Positions 18,147-29,121 of a stretch of DNA of 64,000 bases are shown one piece after another. Each line of letters begins with the position of its first letter. Position 1 is the stretch's first letter. The notes beneath the pieces were generated by a model. It had not been told where the DNA came from. It did no database searches and saw only the letters and a program-made list of their open reading frames with translations. The stretch is taken from contig JANOSY010000017.1 in the NCBI GenBank assembly GCA_031416075.1, positions 1-64,000 of the forward strand, read 5' to 3'. The position numbers were made by a program, and so were the translations under genes. Origin of the DNA: Candidatus Tenderia sp. (lineage in GTDB: Bacteria; Pseudomonadota; Gammaproteobacteria; Tenderiales; Tenderiaceae).

Positions 18147-20630
18147 TTACGCTTTTGGGGCTGACTTAATACGTCGTGTTGGCTCAGCCTGCAGTGGATC
18201 ATCGGGCCAGTAGTGTTTTGGATAGCGTCCCTTCAGCTCTTTTTTTACCTCAAAATAACTGCTGCGCCAGAAGCCTGCCAGATCCTGTGTCACCTGTGCC
18301 GGACGTCGCGCAGGCGAGAGCAGGTGCAGTAACAGAGCCACCTTGCCATTGGCAATCAATGGCGTCTCTGTGGCACCAAACATCTCCTGCAGACGGACCG
18401 CCAGTATGGGGGGATCATTACCGTAATCGAGCGCGATGGATGAGCCAGTAGGCACAGTGATATGGATGGGGGCCTGAATGTCGAGCTGACGCTGCTGATC
18501 CCACGGCAGAAGGGCCGTGAGCGCCGCCATTAAATCCAGCCGCTGTAGATGGTCACTGCGACTCATTCCTGTCAAAAACGGTGCCAGCCACGTGTCCAGC
18601 CCCAACAGCAGCGCCGCCTCTGTCACGTCCGGCCAGTCACTGGGGGCATGGCGGTGCAAAAATCTGACCCGCTGCAGCCACCCCTCACTCGCTCTGCTCC
18701 AGGGCAGACAGCTGAGTCCCATCTCACGGATTCCGACAATCATGGCGCAATTAATCTGTGCTGGATCGGGGCGATCCAGTGTCCGTTCATCCAGCATCAG
18801 CGCGTCCAGCTGCACCCGTCTGCTGGCACGGACACGTCTTTCCCGTGTATCCCACTCAACCTGTTCGACTGTTTTTATCTGCTCAGTAAAGTGCTCTTCA
18901 AGCTGCGACCGCTCCACGCTGGCGGCAAGATAGATGCGGGCGCTGCCCTCTCCACCTTCAAGCTGTGCGGCAACGATAAACGGTGCGCGCGCCAACGGGT
19001 CCGCTTCCGACAGCAGCGCACCACGACCGTTGCTCAACAGGTATCGCCCACCGCTACCCTCACGGCGCTGGCCGATACGGTCGGGGTAGGCCCAGGCCAG
19101 CAGAAGTCCTAACAGATGCAGTCTATCGCGCCCATCAGGTTTGAGCCCTAACTGTACCTGCCACTGCCGTGCCATCTGCTGCAACCGCTTAAGCGCACCA
19201 CGATCAACCCCGTCACCCCCACTACGCATGGCCCGAAAGCGACTGTAAAGATCGGCATCGTTACGGGCATTACGCAGGATGTCACGCTCACTCAGCAGCG
19301 CTGCCACCTCACACGCCAGCACGCCAATGCCCACGGCCTTGCCCTTCAGGATCATGTGGGCAAGGCGGGGATGCATGGGTAACTCGGCCATCTCGCGACC
19401 ATGTTCACTAATCAGCCCTTTTTCATTCAAGGCACCCAGCCGTTGCAGCAGTTCACGCGCCTGTGCCAACGCCGCCAGCGGTGGCGCTGTCAGCCAGCGT
19501 AACGTCGCCACATCCACCACCCCCCACTGCGCCAACTCCAGCGCCAGTGGTGCAAGATCGGCATTGGCAATTTCGGGCAGATCAAAGGGGATTAGATGTT
19601 GCCCTGCCGACCAGAGCCGATAACAGACACCCGGTTCGGTACGCCCGGCACGCCCGGCCCGTTGCGCCGCTGCTGCCTGTGAGAGGGTGAGGGTATGCAG
19701 TCGTGTCATACCGCTACTGGGATCAAACCGTGGCTCCCGCATCAAACCGCTATCGATAACGATACGGACCCCTTCGATGGTCAGGCTGGTCTCGGCAATA
19801 TTGGTGGCGAGTACAATCTTACGCTGCCCAGCCGGGGCCGGGGCGATGGCCCGATCCTGCTCCGCACCACTGAGGTTGCCGTACAGCGGCGCAATCACCA
19901 CCTCCTCCCCCAGACCATGGGCCAGCAGTGCCTGCTCAGTACGGCGGATCTCACCCGCCCCTGGCAGAAAGACCAGCAGACTGCCCGGCTCTTCCCGCAA
20001 TGCACGCAGAATAACGGCCAGTAGCTCGCTCTGGCTATCGGCCTGGCGACCGCGCCCAGAACCACTCACATAGTGCAGAGCCACCGGAAAGGCACGCCCC
20101 TGACTGCTCACCAGCGGCGCGTCACCCAATAGCTGCGCCACCGCCTCACCATCAAGCGTGGCTGACATTACCAACAGCTTCAGATCATCCCGCAATACGC
20201 TTTGACTCTCAAGGGTGAGGGCCAGACCCAGGTCTGCCTGTAAACTGCGTTCATGAAACTCATCAAACATCACTAGGCCATAGGACTCAAGCGCCGGATC
20301 GTGCTGCAACATTCGTGTCAACACCCCTTCGGTCACCACCTCTATGCGGGTAGCGGGACCCACACAGCGCTCCATACGCACACGATAGCCCACCGTCTGG
20401 CCCACCAACTCACCAAGGCTGTGCGCCATAAAACGTGCCGCCGCCCGCGCCGCCAGACGACGAGGTTCAAGGAGCAGGATTTTGCGCCCCTGCAACCACG
20501 GCTCGTCCAGCAACGCCAGTGGCACAATGGTCGTTTTACCGGCACCGGGCGGGGCTTGCAGCACAACGTTGGGGGAGCGTTTAAGCGCCTGCAGCAGTTC
20601 AGGCAGTATTTCGTAGATGGGGAGTCTCAT
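18147..20630 (-). CDS. hrpB: ATP-dependent RNA helicase HrpB
   Basis: APPGAGKTT, DEFHER, MSATL, LATNIAETSLTI, QRAGRAGR and C-terminal KGRYPKHYWPDDP. Confidence 0.95.
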   Translation of the reverse strand: MRLPIYEILPELLQALKRSPNVVLQAPPGAGKTTIVPLALLDEPWLQGRKILLLEPRRLAARAAARFMAHSLGELVGQTVGYRVRMERCVGPATRIEVVTEGVLTRMLQHDPALESYGLVMFDEFHERSLQADLGLALTLESQSVLRDDLKLLVMSATLDGEAVAQLLGDAPLVSSQGRAFPVALHYVSGSGRGRQADSQSELLAVILRALREEPGSLLVFLPGAGEIRRTEQALLAHGLGEEVVIAPLYGNLSGAEQDRAIAPAPAGQRKIVLATNIAETSLTIEGVRIVIDSGLMREPRFDPSSGMTRLHTLTLSQAAAAQRAGRAGRTEPGVCYRLWSAGQHLIPFDLPEIANADLAPLALELAQWGVVDVATLRWLTAPPLAALAQARELLQRLGALNEKGLISEHGREMAELPMHPRLAHMILKGKAVGIGVLACEVAALLSERDILRNARNDADLYSRFRAMRSGGDGVDRGALKRLQQMARQWQVQLGLKPDGRDRLHLLGLLLAWAYPDRIGQRREGSGGRYLLSNGRGALLSEADPLARAPFIVAAQLEGGEGSARIYLAASVERSQLEEHFTEQIKTVEQVEWDTRERRVRASRRVQLDALMLDERTLDRPDPAQINCAMIVGIREMGLSCLPWSRASEGWLQRVRFLHRHAPSDWPDVTEAALLLGLDTWLAPFLTGMSRSDHLQRLDLMAALTALLPWDQQRQLDIQAPIHITVPTGSSIALDYGNDPPILAVRLQEMFGATETPLIANGKVALLLHLLSPARRPAQVTQDLAGFWRSSYFEVKKELKGRYPKHYWPDDPLQAEPTRRIKSAPKA

Positions 20631-20693
20631 GGCGCCATTGTAACCGCACCCAGGCGGGCGCGGCATCTCTAAACGATCATCTCTCCGTGCTAA

Positions 20694-21380
20694 TCAGGAG
20701 AGCTCCTCCAGACGGTAACCATGGTGGTAGATCGACTTCAACTGCCAATCACTTTCGCCATCAAACAGCAGTTTTTTACGCAACCGGCTAACATGTGTAT
20801 CCAGCGTCCGGGTATTGATCTCGGTGGTATGGCCCCAGACACTCTCCAACAGATGGGCGCGGGTCAACAAACGGCCGACATTGCGAAAGAAAAAGAGCGC
20901 TAGTTCAAACTCGCGCTGGGTCAATCCAGCAGGTTCATTATTGACAAATACCTGATGGCTATCGAGGTCAAAACGGTAGATCCCAGACTCAAATTGTCGG
21001 CGAGTTTTATCTACCCCCCCTATGCGCCGCGTTAACGCCTGAATACGGGCCTTAAGTTCGAGTGGTTTAATGGGCTTGAGCACATAATCATCAGCGCCAT
21101 TATCAAGTGCGTAGGCGATGTCCACTTCATCATCACGCTGGGTGACAAAAATAACCGGTACACGCCAATCCATCTGCTCGCGAATCCACACCAACACTTT
21201 GTCACCGTTGATATCAGGCAGCAGCCAATCAAGCAACACCAGATCAAAATGCTCTTTTTGCAACGCATCAATAATCGCGGCACCATTGACGAAATAGGAG
21301 CATTCATAGCCAACATCCTCTAACCAGACACCCAACAGCTTGGCCTGATCAAGATCATCCTCAACGATAGCAACACGCAT
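20694..21380 (-). CDS. OmpR/PhoB-family response regulator (no adjacent kinase)
   Basis: VEDD, LLDW.LP, GADDY..KP and a winged helix TRTLDTHVSRLRKKL...GYRL. Confidence 0.92.
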   Translation of the reverse strand: MRVAIVEDDLDQAKLLGVWLEDVGYECSYFVNGAAIIDALQKEHFDLVLLDWLLPDINGDKVLVWIREQMDWRVPVIFVTQRDDEVDIAYALDNGADDYVLKPIKPLELKARIQALTRRIGGVDKTRRQFESGIYRFDLDSHQVFVNNEPAGLTQREFELALFFFRNVGRLLTRAHLLESVWGHTTEINTRTLDTHVSRLRKKLLFDGESDWQLKSIYHHGYRLEELS

Positions 21381-21574
21381 TTAACTATTCCCCTGTTATT
21401 GGTGTTTGTTTTAATGCCGTTTGTATCAACGAGCAGACTGCACACTGATAGGAGTGATTGTAAAGCCACAGAAACATTTTATATAGCGAAAAATGGTCAC
21501 TAACTACACGCTCAAGCCATACAAAAAAGATGGATAGAACCCGGATAAAACCAAGATCACAGCCCATTATCAGC

Positions 21575-22033
21575 TCAAGCGGATTGCCCGCTCAGAAGGG
21601 CCGCTGCCCAGCGTAAAACAGGCTGCACGCGGGGTGCCAGCAGCGTCTCGGCCCGCACCTGATCAACCCAGCAAAACTCATCATGTTCGGGCAGCCCCAG
21701 CTCCGGGTTTACCAGCAGCTCAACCATCCCCTCAGAGGACTCTGCCAGATAGTAACGGGCAATTTTTCTATACTGCCCATAAGGGGGGGTCTCGCAGTAG
21801 TCCACCCCCCAGTGAAACTGCAGATTGGTGAGTGCACTCTCTTCAGCTACCTCCCGTTGCGCCGCCGCCAGAGGTAACTCCCCTGCCTCGACCAACCCCT
21901 TGGGAAAGTCCCAGTATTGAAACGAGCACAACAGCAGGTAGTGCCACTCGCCGTGAACACGACGAACGACCACTACCCCAGCTGACAGCGGGTTTTTTCT
22001 ACCCTGTGGCACCGCTTCCCCCCATCCGATCAA
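21575..22033 (-). CDS. NUDIX hydrolase (Ap4A hydrolase-like)
   Basis: [18 protein letters not shown]....AA.REV.EE and PEHDE. Confidence 0.85.
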   Translation of the reverse strand: MIGWGEAVPQGRKNPLSAGVVVVRRVHGEWHYLLLCSFQYWDFPKGLVEAGELPLAAAQREVAEESALTNLQFHWGVDYCETPPYGQYRKIARYYLAESSEGMVELLVNPELGLPEHDEFCWVDQVRAETLLAPRVQPVLRWAAALLSGQSA

Positions 22034-22515
22034 TCAGCGCGTTTGGCGCTGAGAATAACCACTGCATCAACAGGCACATTCTGATGCCCACCCTGGCTAC
22101 CTGTTGCAACCTTAACAATACGGTCAACCACATCCATGCCTTCACTCACCTTGGCAAACACCGCATACCCAAAATCACGGCTGCCATGGTCGAGGAAATC
22201 GTTATCCGCAACGTTAATGAAAAACTGGGTAGTGGCACTCTCTACCGCCTGTGTACGGGCCATAGAGAGGGTGCCACGCAGGTTTTTCAGACCATTGTCG
22301 GCCTCATTTTTGATGGGGTCACGGGTCTTCTTCTGTTCCATTGTTTCAGTAAAACCGCCGCCCTGAATCATGAACCCTGGGATCACACGATGAAAGATGG
22401 TGCCTTCAAAAAAACCATCATCAACATACTGCAAAAAATTCTTGACCGTGATTGGCGCGTCATCGGCCAGCATCTCAATCTTGATGTCACCATAGTTGGT
22501 GGTAAAAATAACCAT
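22030..22515 (-). CDS. Cyclophilin-type peptidyl-prolyl isomerase
   Basis: [28 protein letters not shown] and GYAVF. Confidence 0.95.
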   Translation of the reverse strand: MVIFTTNYGDIKIEMLADDAPITVKNFLQYVDDGFFEGTIFHRVIPGFMIQGGGFTETMEQKKTRDPIKNEADNGLKNLRGTLSMARTQAVESATTQFFINVADNDFLDHGSRDFGYAVFAKVSEGMDVVDRIVKVATGSQGGHQNVPVDAVVILSAKRAD

Positions 22516-22747
22516 GAAAAACCTCACTTCACTTTTCGATTTCAAATAACCAGCTGCCCTGATGGTCAACTGAGCTGACCATTGTACCCGTCAGACGGCA
22601 CTTTCCATCAAGAAAATATTTCACCACAAAAATGCCCACTCCTATTCATAATGAATAATACCAGGGTTTGCGCCATCAAATTAACCACCCAAATCGCTCA
22701 CATAACGGCGTGATAAACTGCCCATATCGTAACAGGAGTCCCTTCAT

Positions 22748-23293
22748 ATGCACCGTCAGTTTCTAACCCAAAAACTCGCCCAGCACACCCCTTATGATGC
22801 CAGCGAAGCAGGCATGTTGGCCCAGATCATCGACTTTGTTGCCCAATACGATAACTGCTTTGAGCGCACCTTGCAGATTGGCCACATCACCGGGTCCGCC
22901 TGGATCATTGACCTCGACCGCAGCCACGCCCTGCTCACCCACCATCGTAAGCTCGACCGCTGGTTACAGCTGGGTGGCCACTCCGATGGTGATGCCAATA
23001 CACTCAACGTCGCCCTACGCGAAGGGGTGGAGGAGTCTGGCCTAAGCGGGCTGCGCCCGGTATCGGAGATGATTTTTGATGTTGATGTACATCTCATCCC
23101 CGCCCGCAAGGGTGAGCCGGACCACTACCATTATGATGTGCGATTCCTGCTTGAGGCCGACCGCCACACCCCGCTGGTGGTTAGCGAAGAGTCAAACCAG
23201 CTGGCGTGGGTCCCATTAACGGAGATTCTCAACCTTGCCCCGGACGACTCTATCCGGCGCATGGTGGAAAAGAGCCTGGCACTCGGCACATAA
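22748..23293 (+). CDS. NUDIX hydrolase
   Basis: GHITGSAW, HHRKLDRWLQLGGH.DG, ALREG.EESG and HYDVRF. Confidence 0.9.
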   Translation: MHRQFLTQKLAQHTPYDASEAGMLAQIIDFVAQYDNCFERTLQIGHITGSAWIIDLDRSHALLTHHRKLDRWLQLGGHSDGDANTLNVALREGVEESGLSGLRPVSEMIFDVDVHLIPARKGEPDHYHYDVRFLLEADRHTPLVVSEESNQLAWVPLTEILNLAPDDSIRRMVEKSLALGT

Positions 23294-23305
23294 CAGCGCT
23301 AAACC

Positions 23306-25273
23306 ATGGCACGTTACCATCCCATCATGCCCGCTCAGCTCGACTGGCACGACAATGCCCCGTTAAGTCGTGAGCATGGCGACATCTACTTTTCCAGCGA
23401 TGGTGGCATTGCCGAGACCGAGCATGTCTTCCTGCAGAGCAACCAGCTGCCCCAGCGCTGGCAGGCAGCAAAATCATTCACCGTTGCTGAAACAGGCTTT
23501 GGCAGCGGATTAAACTTTCTCTGCGCCGTTGATCTCTGGTTGAAAACGGCCCCGGCAGATGGCCGATTCCAGTACATCTCGGCAGAAAAACATCCACTGA
23601 CACCTACCGACCTACGGCGGGCGCACAGCCCATGGCCACAGTTCAATGCCATCAGCGAAGCGCTGCTCGACGGTTATCCAGCACTGGTCTACGGCCTGCA
23701 TCGGCGCGACTTTTTTGATGGCCGGGTCACCCTGACACTCCTGTTTGGCGATGCGGCAGAGCTGTTCAGTGAACTCAATACCACCGTCGACGCCTGGTTT
23801 CTCGACGGCTTCGCCCCCAGCAAAAACCCACAGATGTGGAGTGAGACACTCTTCCAACAGATCGCCAGACTCACCGTGCCAGGCGGCAGCTTTGCCACCT
23901 TTACAGCAGCAGGCAACGTGCGACGGGGGTTAAAAGAGGTGGGTTTTGAGGTAAAAACCGTCACCGGCTTTGGCCGCAAACGCGACATGCTCTGCGGCCA
24001 GCGTGTTATCTCCACACCACCCAGAAAGAGATCAGGGGGTGACCATACAGGCACACCCCCATGGTTCCAATACCCCACCCCTGACACCACAATAAAAGAG
24101 GCCATTGTCATCGGCGGCGGGCTGGCCGGCACATCGGTCAGCCACGCCCTGGCCAGACGACACTGGCAAGTGACGCTGATCGAACGCCACCCCCAACTGG
24201 CGCAAGAGGCCTCCGGCAACCCCAGTGGCATTGTGCTGCCACGCCTCACCGCCGACATGGGCAACGACGGCCAGTTCTACCTCAGCGCCTTTTTATATAC
24301 CAGCCACTGGTTAAACAGACTGAAGGCACAGGATGAGACCCTGCCCTGGCACCCCAGCGGCGTGTTTCAGTGTGAGGATGAGGCAACACAAGCACGGCTA
24401 AAACAGCTGCTGCTGCCAGAGCAGATCATTGAGTTTTGTGATGCCGCCCGCGCCACCCACCACAGCGGCATGAGACAGACAGGCGGTGGACTCTTCTACC
24501 CCACAGCAGGCTGGGTAGAGCCCCCCGCCCTCTGCCGCTGGCTCATCCATGACCAACAGCCGCGCATCACCCCACATCTACACCAGCAAGCGCTCACACT
24601 GCATCACGATGGCCAACTCTGGCAGGTAGAGGGGCCCCACGGCACTATCGCCCGCGCTGCCGTTGTTATCATCGCCAATGGTGACGACGCCCAGCGACTC
24701 CTGGGCAACCATGCCCTGACTCTGCACAGAGTACGTGGCCAGATCGCCTACCTGCCCGCCACCGCGCAAAGCTCAACCCTGAAAACACCACTCTGTTACG
24801 ACGGATATCTCACCCCCTCCCTCCACGGGCAGCACTGCAGCGGAGCAACCTACGATATTCACAACAGCTCCACCGAGATCAATCCAGACGATCAGCAGAC
24901 GATCCTCGCTGCACTCAATAAGGCGCTGCCAAACTTCAACGCCCAACCCGCCACCGGCGGCCGTGTCGCCTTTCGCTGCTCCACCCAGGATCATCTGCCC
25001 ATCATCGGCCCGGTGCCTGATTTCGATTTTTACCAACACCAGTACCACGACCTGCGTCACGGCAAACCCGCCCGGCACTATCCACCCGCCCAGTACCAAC
25101 CCAATCTATACATCACCACCGGCCACGGCTCACGCGGACTGGTCTCCTGCCCGATGGCGGCAGAGATGATTGCCGCCACCTTAAATCACGAACCCGCACT
25201 GACACCTATATCACTGACTGCCGCGACACACCCCGCCCGCTTCACAATAAGGGCACTTAAAAAAACATCCTGA
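23306..25273 (+). CDS. mnmC: Bifunctional tRNA mnm5s2U34 methyltransferase / FAD-dependent oxidoreductase MnmC
   Basis: DIYFS..GG..ET.HVF, ETGFGSGLNFL, DAWFLDGFAPSKNP.MW, GGGLAG, ASGN and GHGSRG. Confidence 0.95.
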   Translation: MARYHPIMPAQLDWHDNAPLSREHGDIYFSSDGGIAETEHVFLQSNQLPQRWQAAKSFTVAETGFGSGLNFLCAVDLWLKTAPADGRFQYISAEKHPLTPTDLRRAHSPWPQFNAISEALLDGYPALVYGLHRRDFFDGRVTLTLLFGDAAELFSELNTTVDAWFLDGFAPSKNPQMWSETLFQQIARLTVPGGSFATFTAAGNVRRGLKEVGFEVKTVTGFGRKRDMLCGQRVISTPPRKRSGGDHTGTPPWFQYPTPDTTIKEAIVIGGGLAGTSVSHALARRHWQVTLIERHPQLAQEASGNPSGIVLPRLTADMGNDGQFYLSAFLYTSHWLNRLKAQDETLPWHPSGVFQCEDEATQARLKQLLLPEQIIEFCDAARATHHSGMRQTGGGLFYPTAGWVEPPALCRWLIHDQQPRITPHLHQQALTLHHDGQLWQVEGPHGTIARAAVVIIANGDDAQRLLGNHALTLHRVRGQIAYLPATAQSSTLKTPLCYDGYLTPSLHGQHCSGATYDIHNSSTEINPDDQQTILAALNKALPNFNAQPATGGRVAFRCSTQDHLPIIGPVPDFDFYQHQYHDLRHGKPARHYPPAQYQPNLYITTGHGSRGLVSCPMAAEMIAATLNHEPALTPISLTAATHPARFTIRALKKTS

Positions 25274-25278
25274 AAAAC

Positions 25279-25309
25279 AAAAAGGGCGTCCACCTGGACG
25301 CCCTTTTTT
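25279..25309. terminator. Bidirectional intrinsic terminator
   Basis: AAAAAGGGCGTCCA-CC-TGGACGCCCTTTTT. Confidence 0.85.
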
Positions 25310-25339
25310 ATCTTGCGGCTGTTATAGCCAGTTACAGAA

Positions 25340-27475
25340 TCAATCGGTTACCGTCACTCCCGCAGGTGTTACAAGACCCTTTGGCGTAGTTACCTTTACA
25401 GTGAAAAAGCCTTCTGATTCGGTATTGGTACAGATACCTGTGGTCTTGTCATATGTGGCATCCGTTTTCATCACTATCCCAAAATCACCAAAGGTCGGTG
25501 ATCCGGCAGATGGGGGACATACCCCACCACTCCGACATACCGAGGTGTTAGGGACCACATACGGCTCCGTGGGGGCTAACAATTTGCCGTTATTCGTCGA
25601 AAATACAATGGTCGTCCCCGCTGGCATGGCGTTACCATTCACATCCAGTATCCTCACAGTGAATGCTGTAGATGGGCCAGGTCCTGTGCCATCGACACAA
25701 GGGTTGAGGGCTATTGGGCTTAACGGGCCACCTGCACCATCAGTAATGGTCGCACCTGAGCTCGAGAATATAATTGGTATAGACCGGCGCACATGGATGC
25801 TCTTCTGCAGATTACAGGCGGTGGGGGTGCTGCCGGGCGCAACACTCGGGTCACACAATACCCCGTTATAAAGGCCGTCTGCACTGCTATAGGCGCCGTC
25901 CAAATTAAAGTCTTTGAACTCCTCTGTGCTATCACGAACCCCGTTTTCATTCACATCCAGAAACGCCTCGGGCATATCTGTCGAGTTGCCGTTGGCATCA
26001 AACATCTCGGACAACCCATCGGCCATGCCATTGGCAACAGCAGAATCGGTAAACCCCTCTTCACCAATGGCGTAGGCCAACACGGTGACACGACCGTTAG
26101 AAGGTTTTAACTGCTGGCTATTCAATGTGGCACTGCAGACCCCACCCACGGTGGTGCAGGTTGAGGCGATAGAACCCCCCTCGGCAGTAAAGTAGACAGC
26201 GGTATCATCCAGCACCGGATTATTAAAATGGTCAGCCAACCGGGCCGTGACCACCGTTGTTACGCCGTCATAATTCAACCCTTCAATATTGATGGTAGAG
26301 GCCGAGAGCGACATATTCTGCTGATCGGGGATACCGGTTGAGATAGTCAGCTTGCTTGACTGGGTTGTCAGCGTTGTCGAACCCGCCTGCGTTGAGGCCG
26401 AGACCCGGACCGGTGTGGCAATCCTGCCCGCCTGCACACTCACCACCACATTGCCTGTTACTGGATCAGAAATCGCTGTGGCCGGTGTCAGGGTAATGCC
26501 GCCAATGGTTGTATTTAACGAGAAGGTGACTGTCTTGCCACCGATAGGATTACCACTGGAATCAACCACCTTGAATGTCACCAGAGCGGTCTCTTTGCCT
26601 CCCATGCCCTTCAGGTTAATCAAACCAGTAGCAGGCAAGACCGAGTCAAACTGAATAGAACCGGCGGTGGGGGCAATCACGGTCAAACTGGCCGAGACCG
26701 AGGTGATGCCACTAACGGATGCGGTGATGGTATCGCTACCAGCACACCCCTTGTCACGATATGAGGCCGTTGCCACACCATCCACCGTTGCCACTGTGGC
26801 GGTTAATTCGGCTTTGCCACTGGAGGCGCAGGAGGAGGTGAAACTGACCGTTTGTGGCGTAGTGACCAACACACCGTTGGTAAACACACTCACCGCAACA
26901 CTGGTGGTCCCGTAGGCTGACAGCGCCGTCAGGCCAACACCAAACGTCAATGGACTCATGGTCACGGAGGCCGCGCCCACCGCAAAACCGATAGAACCCT
27001 CCACGGCATCAGCCCCCACCTGAGCACTGGCCGTCAGAGTAGCCGCCCCTGCCGCAGAGAGCCCGGCCGATGCCAGCGTGACGGTTGCCACCCCTGACGA
27101 GTCGGTTAATGCTGTACCTGTACTGGGGGTTAATACACCCAGACCTGGGGTATCAATAACAAACGTCACCACGGTATTGGCAACAGCAACACCAGAGCTG
27201 TTTCTAACCGTAGCCCTGGCCGTTACCGGCGAACCACTGGAGACCAGGGTGACAGACTGCCCTGTACTATTAGTCAACGCCACAATCACACTCGGCACGC
27301 CCACAGTTCCACCAGTACCTGGGGTACCACCCCCAGTGGTGCCACCGCCAGGAGGGGTGCCAACCAGTGCTCCGGGTCCCGCATCATCACTGCCACCACA
27401 GCCTGCCAGCACCAGCAGAGCGCTTACCAACATTGTCCCTAATATCTTTTTTATACTACGCTTCATGCTACTCAT
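25340..27475 (-). CDS. Lipoprotein with tandem bacterial Ig-like (Big-1/invasin-type) domains
   Basis: Lipobox LAGC, Gly/Thr linker, Ig motifs (V.F......G.L......TD..G.A...L), paired Cys residues and Dx[DN]xDG-like loops. Confidence 0.8.
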   Translation of the reverse strand: MSSMKRSIKKILGTMLVSALLVLAGCGGSDDAGPGALVGTPPGGGTTGGGTPGTGGTVGVPSVIVALTNSTGQSVTLVSSGSPVTARATVRNSSGVAVANTVVTFVIDTPGLGVLTPSTGTALTDSSGVATVTLASAGLSAAGAATLTASAQVGADAVEGSIGFAVGAASVTMSPLTFGVGLTALSAYGTTSVAVSVFTNGVLVTTPQTVSFTSSCASSGKAELTATVATVDGVATASYRDKGCAGSDTITASVSGITSVSASLTVIAPTAGSIQFDSVLPATGLINLKGMGGKETALVTFKVVDSSGNPIGGKTVTFSLNTTIGGITLTPATAISDPVTGNVVVSVQAGRIATPVRVSASTQAGSTTLTTQSSKLTISTGIPDQQNMSLSASTINIEGLNYDGVTTVVTARLADHFNNPVLDDTAVYFTAEGGSIASTCTTVGGVCSATLNSQQLKPSNGRVTVLAYAIGEEGFTDSAVANGMADGLSEMFDANGNSTDMPEAFLDVNENGVRDSTEEFKDFNLDGAYSSADGLYNGVLCDPSVAPGSTPTACNLQKSIHVRRSIPIIFSSSGATITDGAGGPLSPIALNPCVDGTGPGPSTAFTVRILDVNGNAMPAGTTIVFSTNNGKLLAPTEPYVVPNTSVCRSGGVCPPSAGSPTFGDFGIVMKTDATYDKTTGICTNTESEGFFTVKVTTPKGLVTPAGVTVTD

Positions 27476-27498
27476 GCTGCCCCACCTTAAAGATTTAT

Positions 27499-28035
27499 TT
27501 AAAATTTCTGGAAATAGCCCACACCAACATGGTCGATGGTGTAGTTGGCGCCATAGCGGGTGCTGTCAAAATAGCGCACCCACTCCATATTCAAGCCACT
27601 GTGGCGATCCGCATAAAAATCAAGACCAAGACCACCGCCAAGGCTACCGTCGGTCTCAGACAATCTTCCAGTCGCCTGTTTAGCCGTGGTATTGGCCATG
27701 GTGTAACCGCCAATTGCTGTGACGTAGAGCCGCTCCATCACCTCCCAGCGCGCCTTGGCGTAGGCCCCCGCCAGCCAGTTCATGCCCATGCTGACCCCGT
27801 TGCTGCTGGTATTACCACCATAACCAAGACGTGCCTCCACATCAACGAAGTGGTTGACGTTGTAACTCAGGCGACCTGTAATTGAGGGCATTTCGAAAGA
27901 AAAGCCCTTTTGAGAGTAGCTGTTACCCCCCACCATAATGCCCCAGGAGGTCTCACCCTCCTGAGCCATGGCAGGCATCGCCGCGACCAAAAATAAGGTA
28001 CAAACAATTGCAAACCGGGACATGACCCTCTCCAT
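27499..28035 (-). CDS. Small outer-membrane beta-barrel protein
   Basis: Signal peptide (AMA), alternating beta-strands, VEARLG.G, and C-terminal VGYFQKF ending in Phe. Confidence 0.85.
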   Translation of the reverse strand: MERVMSRFAIVCTLFLVAAMPAMAQEGETSWGIMVGGNSYSQKGFSFEMPSITGRLSYNVNHFVDVEARLGYGGNTSSNGVSMGMNWLAGAYAKARWEVMERLYVTAIGGYTMANTTAKQATGRLSETDGSLGGGLGLDFYADRHSGLNMEWVRYFDSTRYGANYTIDHVGVGYFQKF

Positions 28036-28139
28036 GTTATTTTTAGTGACTTTTCTGGACCATGACTTTACCCAACTACCCCCATAAAAACCAGCCTTGA
28101 TATTACAGCTATATACCTATCGAACGGTTTGGCGGTAAC

Positions 28140-28988
28140 TTAAGCTGAGCGCACACAGGGCCGTTCACGATCCCTGATCCACTCACTCCACGATCCGGCA
28201 TAGAGACGCGACCCCGTAAGACCTGCAATCTCCATCGCCAGCAGATTGTGGCAGGCAGTCACGCCGGAGCCACACGTATGCACCACCTGTTGTGGCAGAC
28301 GCCCGCGCAGTAGCGGCTCAAAGGCGTGACGTAGATGGTCTGCCGGCTTGAAAAGTCCCACTCGGTTAAGGTTATTTTGGAACGGATGGTTAACAGCCTC
28401 CGGAATATGGCCCGCCACGGGGTCGATCTGCTCCACCTCACCGCTAAAACGTTCCGGGGCGCGGGCATCGACCAGCACAATCTCATCCTTGGCCAGCGCC
28501 TCCTGCAGCTGATCAGTGGTTAACCACATGCGGTTATTGGGTTGACCGACAAAGCTGGACGGCAGTGTCACCGGAACCATTTTCTGTTGCTCGCCCCCTG
28601 CTTCACACCAGCGCGACCAGCCACCATCAAGCACTGCCACCGCTTCGTGCCCCAGCCAACGCAGCAGCCACCACAAGCGCGCGGCAATTGCGCCACCCGC
28701 ATCATCATAAACCACCACCTGACTCTGCGGGGTGATGCCCCACTCCCCGAGCCGCTGGCGCAACATCTCAGGCTCGGGGAGCGGATGGCGGCCCGTCAGA
28801 TCCGTCACCCGCGCCGACAGATGCCGGTCCAGGTGGGCGTAGTGGGCACCGGGAATGTGACGCCCGGCATAGAGCATGCCGCCCGCCGCCGCATCGGCCA
28901 GCGAAAAGCGGCAATCGATCACCACCCATGCAGGATCAGATATGTGGCTGGCCAGAACATCGGTGCTGACTAGTGTACTGTAACGCAT
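28140..28988 (-). CDS. sseA: Tandem-domain sulfurtransferase (SseA/rhodanese)
   Basis: HIPGA, GRHPLP, AARLWW, LDGG, GHIP.A, CGSGVTAC active site and LYAGSWSEW. Confidence 0.9.
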   Translation of the reverse strand: MRYSTLVSTDVLASHISDPAWVVIDCRFSLADAAAGGMLYAGRHIPGAHYAHLDRHLSARVTDLTGRHPLPEPEMLRQRLGEWGITPQSQVVVYDDAGGAIAARLWWLLRWLGHEAVAVLDGGWSRWCEAGGEQQKMVPVTLPSSFVGQPNNRMWLTTDQLQEALAKDEIVLVDARAPERFSGEVEQIDPVAGHIPEAVNHPFQNNLNRVGLFKPADHLRHAFEPLLRGRLPQQVVHTCGSGVTACHNLLAMEIAGLTGSRLYAGSWSEWIRDRERPCVRSA

Positions 28989-29121
28989 GTGATAATCCCC
29001 AAAATCCCTATAAAATCGTGTCAAGATCTCAACGTGTGCCATACAATACACACACTTTGCACCATAGCAGAACTACTTTGTAGCTACCCACACACCACTA
29101 TTCAGACCAGAGGAACCGCTC

